NCBI GenBank assembly: GCA_045537965.1
Contig: JAZSQL010000003.1
Span: 3,056 to 67,055 of the forward strand
DNA length: 64,000 nt
Source of the DNA: Alphaproteobacteria bacterium
GTDB taxonomy: Bacteria > Pseudomonadota > Alphaproteobacteria > RF32 > CAG-239
Reading direction: 5' to 3'
The translations under genes were made by a program, and so were the position numbers. This document shows positions 48,713 to 55,412 of this stretch, piece by piece. The notes beneath the pieces are model-generated. The model did not search any database and was not told the origin of the DNA. It was given only the letters and a program-made list of their open reading frames with translations. Numbering within the stretch: the first letter of the stretch is position 1; every line of letters begins with the position of its first letter.

Positions 48713-50338
48713 ATGGAAGAAATTAGATGTGCAATATATACCAGAAAATCTACAGATGAAGGTTTAGAAAAAGAATTTAATACACTTGAAGCTCAACGAG
48801 AAGCTGGTGAAAGTTATATTCGAAGTCAAAAACATCAAGGTTGGACACTAATTGATGAACGCTATGATGATGGTGGTTATTCCGGTGGCAATATGAAAAG
48901 ACCGGCTTTGACCAGATTATTTGAAGATATTAAGGCCGGTAAAGTGGATATGATTGTAGTTTATAAAATTGATCGTCTTACTCGTTCATTATCAGACTTT
49001 TCTAAAATGATAGATATTTTTGATAAGCATAAATGCTCTTTTGTTTCGGTTACACAAAATTTTAATACCTCGGACAGTATGGGAAGATTGACCTTAAACA
49101 TGCTATTATCTTTTGCTCAATTTGAAAGAGAGATTGGTGCAGAACGTGTTAGAGATAAAACTGCAGCATCTAAAAAGAAAGGTATGTGGACAGGTGGTGC
49201 TGTTCCATTTGGATATAAAAACATAAATAAGAAGTTAGAAATCAATCCTGATGAAGCTGAAGCAGTAAAATTTATGTTTGAAATGTATCATAGATATAAT
49301 TCAGCGATGGCAGTTTGTAAACTTATGTACGAACATGGCTATAAAGCTTTTAGACGAGATGCAGTAAAACGAATGCTTAAAAATCCAATCTACATGGGTA
49401 AAATTAAGTATGGTCAAGAATTGTATGATGGTCAACATCAAGCAATAGTTACACCAGAGCTATTTGCATCTGTTCAACAGATAAGAGATACAAAAGATAT
49501 TCGTATAAGGGCTTGTTTATATAAAAAAAATGAAGTTGGAATTCTGCGAGGATTGTTAACATGTGCCTGTTGTAATACATTAATGACACCAACATCTTGT
49601 CAAACGAGAGGTGTGCGCCGATTTTATTACACATCAACGAAGGCTAAATATTATGGTTATCATCACTGTCGTAATGGTTCAGTTCCAGTTGCATTGATGG
49701 ATGAATGTATTTTAAAAATTGTAACGCCATTGTTTAAGGATATTAAAGTGCTTAATGGACTAATAAATAGAGTGGCGCCAGAAAAAACAGCAGAGATATA
49801 TAAAGTAATGAAAAAGCCTGAAGCTATTTTAGAAAAAATTCCTGAGCGAGATAAACTACAGCTGATGCGTTTGTTAATCACAAATATTTTAGTGAAGTAT
49901 GATACGTTAGAAATTAACTGGAGTGATTTGGCTTTAGGAATTTTACCTGATAACTATAAAGAAAAAACTGATGGATGCAAAATGGTAATAGATTTGCCTT
50001 TTACCAGACGTAATGGAGCTATGATACTCTCGATACCCGAAGATGTGGTTCAAGATGTTAGTTATAATCAAGAATTAATAAATGCGCTGGGTAAAGCCTT
50101 TAAGTATCAAAAAATCTTAAATCAAGACAAGCTTACCATACTTCAACTTGCATATCAGGAAAAAATTGATGCCGGGTATTTGGGAAGATTGATAAGATTA
50201 ACCTGTCTTGCGCCGGATATTATTAAGCGCATATTAAATGGCACACAACCACCAACCATTTATTTACAACGCCTGATAAGAGAAGAAATTCCTCCAATTT
50301 GGGAAGATCAACGTAAATTGTATAAGGTTAGGAAATAG
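48713..50338 (+). CDS. Large serine recombinase (resolvase/invertase N-domain, recombinase domain, zinc ribbon)
   Basis: CAIYTRKSTDEG (catalytic Ser context), YKIDRLTRS, and a Cys-rich region CACCN...C. 541 aa. Confidence 0.9.
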   Translation: MEEIRCAIYTRKSTDEGLEKEFNTLEAQREAGESYIRSQKHQGWTLIDERYDDGGYSGGNMKRPALTRLFEDIKAGKVDMIVVYKIDRLTRSLSDFSKMIDIFDKHKCSFVSVTQNFNTSDSMGRLTLNMLLSFAQFEREIGAERVRDKTAASKKKGMWTGGAVPFGYKNINKKLEINPDEAEAVKFMFEMYHRYNSAMAVCKLMYEHGYKAFRRDAVKRMLKNPIYMGKIKYGQELYDGQHQAIVTPELFASVQQIRDTKDIRIRACLYKKNEVGILRGLLTCACCNTLMTPTSCQTRGVRRFYYTSTKAKYYGYHHCRNGSVPVALMDECILKIVTPLFKDIKVLNGLINRVAPEKTAEIYKVMKKPEAILEKIPERDKLQLMRLLITNILVKYDTLEINWSDLALGILPDNYKEKTDGCKMVIDLPFTRRNGAMILSIPEDVVQDVSYNQELINALGKAFKYQKILNQDKLTILQLAYQEKIDAGYLGRLIRLTCLAPDIIKRILNGTQPPTIYLQRLIREEIPPIWEDQRKLYKVRK

Positions 50339-50347
50339 CTTAAAACG

Positions 50348-50378
50348 AAACCCGTCATTTTTTATGACGGGTTATTTT
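50348..50378. terminator. Hairpin terminator between convergent recombinase and lipoprotein operons
   Basis: AACCCGTCAT (50349-50358) pairs with ATGACGGGTT (50364-50373), 10 bp. T-rich tails are modest on both strands. Confidence 0.6.
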
Positions 50379-50789
50379 CTATTCAACTTCATGTGCTTCG
50401 AGAAATAGAGATTGTCCTAAAGCATTAAAAAAGTTTTGATATGCCATAGGATCTTCAATTGCTTCTAAACCTGATTGTGCATTAATTCTAACAACAATTT
50501 GTTTTGAATTAATTGCTCGGACTGAAGCTGTAAGTTTAGATGAATGAGTAAAAGAAGTACCACTAATAGTACCTAATTTTTCATCCGCTTTATCAATGAT
50601 AAAACCTAAATCTTGCATTGTTGAAATTACAGCCCTTAAAACCATAGCTTTATTATTGGTATCAAAATAACGAGATTGATAATTTCTCATTTGAACTTGG
50701 GTTTGCGACATTCCTAAAACGTCTTGATGAGTTGAAGCACAGGCAGTAAGACCTAATATCATAGTGATAGTTAATAAAATTTTCTTCAT
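50379..50789 (-). CDS. Lipoprotein, paralog of the upstream gene (136 aa)
   Basis: Lipobox GLTAC. Shares the blocks ..MQDLGFIIDKADEKLGTISGT.. and ..IEDPMAYQNFFNALGQSLFLEA.. with the 173-aa neighbour. Confidence 0.7.
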   Translation of the reverse strand: MKKILLTITMILGLTACASTHQDVLGMSQTQVQMRNYQSRYFDTNNKAMVLRAVISTMQDLGFIIDKADEKLGTISGTSFTHSSKLTASVRAINSKQIVVRINAQSGLEAIEDPMAYQNFFNALGQSLFLEAHEVE

Positions 50790-50798
50790 CCTAGTCTC

Positions 50799-51320
50799 CT
50801 ATATATTGTTCGCTGTTAAGAATACAGATTGACTTAACTTATCAAAAAAGTCTTTGTAGATAACTTCGTCTTCTATTTTTTCAATTCGAGCTTCATTCAT
50901 GTTATTCCAAATTACACGAGCAAACTCTACTCTTACATTATAACCATAATTGTTGTGGCTTTTTGTAGAAACTAAAGTTACATAAATTTTTTGATTTGTA
51001 TCGTAAACTGGTTGGGTTCCTGCAAATGCAGCTAATAAAATTAATCCGACTTTACCAGCGGTAGAACCAGCCTCTCTATCTTTACTTGCAGTAATAAGAC
51101 CTAGCTTTGTTTCACTTTCATTTAAAGTAAAACCAAGATCTTGCAAAACCTGTGCAGAAGCAATTAATAAAGCTTCTTCATTTTGTGTTTCGTATCTTCT
51201 TGTTTCTAATTGTCTTCTTGCTAAATATTGTTCATCTAGCATGTAGTAGTCACCATAATATCTAGCACATCCTGAAAGGAATAGTGATATTACAAAGACA
51301 AAACTTATTATCTTTTTCAT
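50799..51320 (-). CDS. Lipoprotein, paralog (173 aa)
   Basis: Lipobox FLSGC, and the blocks LQDLGFTLNESETKLGLITAS and IEDEVIYKDFFDKLSQSVFLTA. Confidence 0.7.
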   Translation of the reverse strand: MKKIISFVFVISLFLSGCARYYGDYYMLDEQYLARRQLETRRYETQNEEALLIASAQVLQDLGFTLNESETKLGLITASKDREAGSTAGKVGLILLAAFAGTQPVYDTNQKIYVTLVSTKSHNNYGYNVRVEFARVIWNNMNEARIEKIEDEVIYKDFFDKLSQSVFLTANNI

Positions 51321-51330
51321 ATCTTATTCC

Positions 51331-51729
51331 TTAGAAAGTAGATGTTCTATATGCAAAATCTCTAACTAGACCATTTTTATCAAATTTAACAATGATAGTT
51401 AAAGTTCTTTGATTAGAGCTAGCTTGTTTTTCTCTTCCTTCTCCATAAAATAGAAGTAACCATATACCTTTTGTTGATGAAGAAGATTGAATATTGGTAG
51501 AAACCTTGTCATAAACCCAAGTTTCTCTACGCTCTGTATCTGTTGTAACCATATTTGGTGAACCAAGAGCTTCAATGACAGCTGAAGATGTCATACCAAT
51601 TTTAATTTCTCTTTGAGCTTTAGCAACAGTCATTCTTTCTTCGTTTAAACTATAGTTAGTTGTAGAACATGCAGAAAGAAATGGTATTGTTGCAATAGCT
51701 GCGGCTAATAAAATATTTTTATATTTCAT
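51331..51729 (-). CDS. Lipoprotein with SmpA/OmlA (BamE)-like domain
   Basis: Start at MKYKNILL after GAGGGG. Lipobox FLSAC. IKIGMTSSAVIEALGSPN...ETWVYD...IIVKFDKNGLV resembles BamE-fold lipoproteins. Confidence 0.6.
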   Translation of the reverse strand: MKYKNILLAAAIATIPFLSACSTTNYSLNEERMTVAKAQREIKIGMTSSAVIEALGSPNMVTTDTERRETWVYDKVSTNIQSSSSTKGIWLLLFYGEGREKQASSNQRTLTIIVKFDKNGLVRDFAYRTSTF

Positions 51730-51750
51730 AATATACCCCTCAATAACTAA

Positions 51751-51937
51751 CAAGTCGCCCTGATGAGAGGCGACTGGAAGTTGAGAACAATACCACTAGT
51801 TATTGTGCGATATATTGACTTTAAAAGCGTATTTTATCGCCTTCCAGTCAAAAACTGGTAGGCGAAAATATCGTCTTTCGCGACGCTAGTGGATATTAGG
51901 TTCTCACACCCAAGTCAGACCATCAACTCTGACTTGC
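51751..51937. ncRNA. Candidate structured RNA or cis-regulatory leader (unclassified); strand undetermined
   Basis: ORF-free, GC-enriched stretch with eight perfect 4-10 bp complementary pairs, some mutually exclusive. Coordinates are in the findings. Confidence 0.35.
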
Positions 51938-52029
51938 TCATTATAGAATTAAGAGATTAAAAAATGCAAGGAATTTTTATTATTGATGTGATATTTTATA
52001 TTGATATTCAAAACAGTAGATAAAAAATT

Positions 52030-52052
52030 GTTTTTACACAGGTTTTTACACA
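52030..52052 (+). repeat. Tandem direct repeat GTTTTTACACA x2 (12-nt period), possible operator
   Basis: 52030-52040 and 52042-52052 are identical. Located in the divergent intergenic region upstream of the sigma-like gene. Confidence 0.4.
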
Positions 52053-52151
52053 AGATACATTTCTCTACAACTATGTAAAATGCTAATATATCAAGCTCTT
52101 TAGCTCGGATGTAATTTGGAGTTTTCTTGTAATTTTATAGGTAATTCAAGA

Positions 52152-52191
52152 CAATAAACCTCTCATTAACATTAAAAAAAGAGGTTTATTG
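52152..52191 (+). promoter_or_regulatory. Perfect 12-bp hairpin sequestering the SD of the sigma-like gene
   Basis: CAATAAACCTCT (52152-52163) pairs with AGAGGTTTATTG (52180-52191). The 3' arm contains the AGAGG SD and ends at the ATG (52192). Confidence 0.5.
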
Positions 52192-52680
52192 ATGAAACTC
52201 AATATTTTTAGCGGACTACCTGAGTATGTCCGAATGACAATTTTATCGCAAATTAGGCGCTTATTGTCGACACCATTATTTTCATATGAAGATAAAGAAG
52301 ATTTAACCCAAGAACTATTACTGTTTTATCTCAAGCGATTTTATGATGTCCCCGATGTCGATGAGGCATTGGTGGTACATGCATTAAAACAGTATGCCAC
52401 TAATTTATTAGTTATGAGATATCGCCGGCGCGACTTTTTATATTCCTCATTAGCTGACTTCGAAGCAAATGAGGATTTTTCTTATTTAAATATATATACG
52501 CCAAATCATGATACCAAACTACTTTTTATGAAAATTTGGGAATTGGCCGAAGGTAGAGAGAAAATTGTCGTAGAGCGATTATTACAAGGCGATAGTTTAG
52601 ATAAAATATCAAGGGAGATGCATATACATAAAAAGACGATTTATAAATTTTTTGAAAAAATACGCAAAAAATTAAAATAA
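52192..52680 (+). CDS. ECF-like sigma factor / sigma-70 region-4 HTH protein (divergent)
   Basis: EDLTQELLLFYLKRF resembles region 2.1-2.2. The C-terminus EKIVVERLLQGDSLDKISREMHIHKKTIYKFFEKIRKKLK resembles a region-4 HTH. Confidence 0.5.
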   Translation: MKLNIFSGLPEYVRMTILSQIRRLLSTPLFSYEDKEDLTQELLLFYLKRFYDVPDVDEALVVHALKQYATNLLVMRYRRRDFLYSSLADFEANEDFSYLNIYTPNHDTKLLFMKIWELAEGREKIVVERLLQGDSLDKISREMHIHKKTIYKFFEKIRKKLK

Positions 52681-52681
52681 A

Positions 52682-52720
52682 GGGAACGGTTTTGATTTTT
52701 GCGTGGGTGTTTCTGTTGTC
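52682..52720 (+). promoter_or_regulatory. 39-nt conserved box, copy B (GGGAACGGTTTT-N10-TGGGTGTTTCTGTTGTC)
   Basis: Begins 2 nt after the sigma-like stop codon, 26 nt upstream of the next ORF. 32/39 identical to copy A. Confidence 0.5.
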
Positions 52721-52746
52721 ATTAACTAATTTTGAAAGGAATAAAA

Positions 52747-52953
52747 ATGAACAACAGTAAACGCAAAACCAATGTAACAGAGGCTATTAGAGAAATTCCG
52801 GCAATGTATTTGATGGAGTTAAAGTTTTCTACGTTGAATAAATTGGAGAAGAAAATCAAACAAGAAATTGATCGTTCTACTCTTGCCTTGCGGTGGGTTC
52901 AGGGTATTAAACGCATCAAAAGAGCCAAAGATATCGGAGGATATAATGGATAA
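52747..52953 (+). CDS. Small basic hypothetical protein (68 aa)
   Basis: ATG follows AAAGGA. Overlaps the next gene by 8 nt (translational coupling). No family recognised. Confidence 0.35.
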   Translation: MNNSKRKTNVTEAIREIPAMYLMELKFSTLNKLEKKIKQEIDRSTLALRWVQGIKRIKRAKDIGGYNG

Positions 52954-53590
52954 AAAGAAAAGTTTCATTATATTTGCGCCCGAGTTTTTAGCGCTGTCAA
53001 ATCATTTGACAATAAAACAACGTGGAGAACTGATGACAGCTCTCTGTGAAATGGTTTTGTATGGTGAGCCTGTGCGTCCTGTTCCTCAATATATTGCGAA
53101 AGCCTATAATTTTATGGCAGAGAGCATTTCTGAAAACTTCAAAAAATATAATGAAGTATGTGAGAAAAGGAAAGCAATTGCAACAAAAGCTGCAAGCAAA
53201 CGCCGAGCAAATGCTGAGCAAAAGAAACACCCTAGCCAAGCAACAACCAACCTTAATGATAATGAGAATGTATATAATAATGATATAAAGAATAAAAATG
53301 AAAATGGTAAAAAAGAAAAAATAAATAAAAAAGAAATTGGTGGTTTTGCTGTTCCAACATTAGAGGACATAAAAATTTACTGTGCTATTCGTGGGTTTAG
53401 TAATGTAGATCCACAGGCTTTTTATGATTATTACGAGGCTAAGAATTGGTGCATTGGCAATATTCCGATCAAAGATTGGCAAGCAAAAATTATAAAATGG
53501 GAGAATGGTGGAGAAAATACATCTGCATTTGCAAGCATTGGTGATTGTTTGAGATTACCCAAATTAGCTCAGCAAGGAGGTGCTCAATGA
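52946..53590 (+). CDS. Hypothetical phage protein (N-terminal region reminiscent of DUF6291-type proteins)
   Basis: Start after GGAGG. LTIKQRGELMTALCEMVLYGEP...FMAESISENFKKYNEVCEKRK pattern, with a K/N-rich linker. Family name recalled from memory and unverified. Confidence 0.45.
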   Translation: MDKKKSFIIFAPEFLALSNHLTIKQRGELMTALCEMVLYGEPVRPVPQYIAKAYNFMAESISENFKKYNEVCEKRKAIATKAASKRRANAEQKKHPSQATTNLNDNENVYNNDIKNKNENGKKEKINKKEIGGFAVPTLEDIKIYCAIRGFSNVDPQAFYDYYEAKNWCIGNIPIKDWQAKIIKWENGGENTSAFASIGDCLRLPKLAQQGGAQ

Positions 53591-53961
53591 CTAAATTGAC
53601 AATTGATGACATCAAAATCCGTATAGAGAGTGCTGTTTATGTTATGCATTTGTTACCACCTGTTAAGGCTCAAGGTTATCGTTCTACTATGCCAGATATC
53701 ATTTATACTCCTCAAGAGATTATGTTAATGGATAGAAAACCGATAAAACCTAAACCAACAAGCGAGCAGATAACCCAAATGGATGAAGTGTTAGTTTGGC
53801 TTGAAGTATTAGAGCCTTGGGAACGTAAGCTTGTTTGGAAACGAGGAGCTAGAATACCTTGGAAATATTTGTGCCGAGAATTTGGGTTGTGTCGTAGCAA
53901 CATAAATAAAAAGTACGATATTGCGCTAATAAAAATTCAATACAGTATCAAAAGTGTCTAG
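53587..53961 (+). CDS. Hypothetical protein with possible C-terminal HTH
   Basis: ATGA overlap with the upstream gene, and AGGAGG SD. WKYLCREFGLCRSNINKKYDIALIKI looks HTH-like. Confidence 0.45.
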   Translation: MTKLTIDDIKIRIESAVYVMHLLPPVKAQGYRSTMPDIIYTPQEIMLMDRKPIKPKPTSEQITQMDEVLVWLEVLEPWERKLVWKRGARIPWKYLCREFGLCRSNINKKYDIALIKIQYSIKSV

Positions 53962-54016
53962 GACATTTTAGTCGTGGACATTTTTTGCTTTATTGATTAT
54001 AAAATTGAGTATAATC

Positions 54017-54047
54017 GGGGCGATGGTATGAACGCGCCCCTTTTTTT
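54017..54047 (+). terminator. Rho-independent terminator
   Basis: GGGGCG (54017-54022) pairs with CGCCCC (54035-54040), followed by TTTTTTT. Confidence 0.8.
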
Positions 54048-54173
54048 ATTTTTCATCTTGACATTTTTAATAAAAAGTACGAGTTTTATCCCGAAGTCAT
54101 CAATGAGGGTGGCTTCGATGTGGATTTAACCTAACTTGTCCCACAATAGAGGACTAAATAAGGAGAATTAGTT

Positions 54174-55208
54174 ATGCAAAAAACTGCAGAAGCGGTGTCT
54201 CTTGGACATCCTGATAAAATTTCCGATTACATTTCAAGTTACATTTTAGACCGTATGATTGAGCAAGATAGCTCAGTTAAATATGCTGTTGAGGTTATGA
54301 TTAAGGATAATAACGTTATTCTTGGTGGTGAAATCAAGGGAGATGTTTCTCTTGAAAATGTTAATGAGTATGTTATTTCAGCCCTGGCCGATATAGGTTA
54401 TACCAAAGATTATGCTAAAATCTGGGGTGAATATGCTATAGAACCTGATAAAATAAAGGTTACAAACTTAATTGGTCAACAGTCTGCTGATATTAACCAA
54501 GGTGTTGAGCAAGATGGTTGGGGAGACCAAGGAGTATTTGTGGGCTATGCTTGTAAAGGTGATGGGCTAATTAATTGTGAATTGTTTTTAGCGCGTAAGC
54601 TCAACAATGTGTTGTATGAGAAAGCTAAAACATCTACCAATCTTGGTTTGGATATTAAAACGCAAATTACTTTAAATGATGGTCAAATTGAAACTGCTAT
54701 TGTTGCAATACCAATGTTAAATGATGAAGATTTAACTGATTTAATAGTTGAAACATTAGGTGAAACACCTAAAAACATTATCGTTAATGGAACAGGTCGT
54801 TATACTTACCATTCATCTGTCGCAGACTGCGGCATTACAGGTCGCAAGCTCGCTTGTGATTTTTACTCTACCGCTTGTCCAATTGGCGGTGGTAGTCCAT
54901 GGACTAAAGATGGTTCAAAGGCAGACCTAACCTTAAACTTGTATGCTAGACAGTTAGCTGTAGAGAACTTAAAAGATAATGATGAGTGCTTTATTTATTT
55001 ATCTTCTTGCATTGGTAAAGCAGAACTTCCAAGTGGTTTGATTAAAACAATCAAAGATGGTAAGGAAGAAAACAGAAGTCTGTGGTGTAATCAAAAACCA
55101 AAGACTCTCATTAAATATTTAGGACTTGATAAGCCTGTGTATGCAAAATTGTGTAAGAAAGGATTACAAGCTTTGACTATAAAAGCAACGGGTCCTTCCT
55201 CCGATTAG
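54174..55208 (+). CDS. metK: S-adenosylmethionine synthetase-like protein (compact, phage-borne MetK homolog)
   Basis: MetK motifs in order: GHPDKISD, QQSADINQGV, GWGDQG, DIKTQ, ADCGITGRK, GGGSPWTKDGSKAD. 344 aa, and AAGGAG SD. Confidence 0.8.
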   Translation: MQKTAEAVSLGHPDKISDYISSYILDRMIEQDSSVKYAVEVMIKDNNVILGGEIKGDVSLENVNEYVISALADIGYTKDYAKIWGEYAIEPDKIKVTNLIGQQSADINQGVEQDGWGDQGVFVGYACKGDGLINCELFLARKLNNVLYEKAKTSTNLGLDIKTQITLNDGQIETAIVAIPMLNDEDLTDLIVETLGETPKNIIVNGTGRYTYHSSVADCGITGRKLACDFYSTACPIGGGSPWTKDGSKADLTLNLYARQLAVENLKDNDECFIYLSSCIGKAELPSGLIKTIKDGKEENRSLWCNQKPKTLIKYLGLDKPVYAKLCKKGLQALTIKATGPSSD

Positions 55209-55263
55209 AACGTATGCGGGGGTGCAAGCCGCGCCATTTTTCTAGCGAAACAGATTTTATTTT

Positions 55264-55395
55264 GGTTGTCGGTTGTCACTTTCTAAATATTGTAAATTCT
55301 AAAAATTCAGGGTGACAACCATTTTTGTTTGGTTGTCACTTTTTGTTTATGTGGTGATGACTATAAATTAGGTTGTCATTTTGGTTGTCATTTTT
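55264..55395. repeat. Array of six GGTTGTC(A/C) repeats (five direct, one inverted), iteron or parS-like
   Basis: Copies at 55264, 55271, 55311-55320 (inverted, GGTGACAACC), 55331, 55371 and 55383. They end 18 nt before the ParB-methylase ATG. Confidence 0.7.
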
Positions 55396-55412
55396 AATTC
55401 AGGAAATAAAAA

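Noticed and set aside
51760-51767. CTGATGAG, identical to the conserved hammerhead-ribozyme core box, inside the structured region
   Set aside because: It sits in the loop of a 7-bp hairpin. No correctly placed GAAA box or stems I-III can be drawn around it on either strand. It also does not fit the fluoride-riboswitch context, where a similar CUGAUG box occurs.
52997-53370. Alternative-frame ORFs (52997-53239 minus, 53046-53288 plus, 53104-53370 minus) inside the 52946-53590 gene
   Set aside because: They arise from the A/K-rich low-complexity linker region. The main frame has an SD and translational coupling to both neighbours.
53545-53586. Upstream extension of the 53587-53961 ORF (track start 53545)
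   Set aside because: The ATG at 53587 has an AGGAGG SD and an ATGA stop/start overlap with the upstream gene. The extension would overlap that gene by 46 nt.
54090-54173. SAM riboswitch upstream of the MetK-like gene
   Set aside because: I could not find the SAM-II/SAM-V type pseudoknot strand (AAAGCU-like 3' element) or a SAM-I four-way junction. Only short 4-5 bp hairpins are present. It is left as a check under the MetK finding rather than called.
55264-55395. Possible CRISPR-like array of GGTTGTC repeats
   Set aside because: The repeats are only 7-12 nt, the spacing is irregular (7 to about 40 nt), one copy is inverted, and there are no cas genes. This is more consistent with protein-binding iterons.
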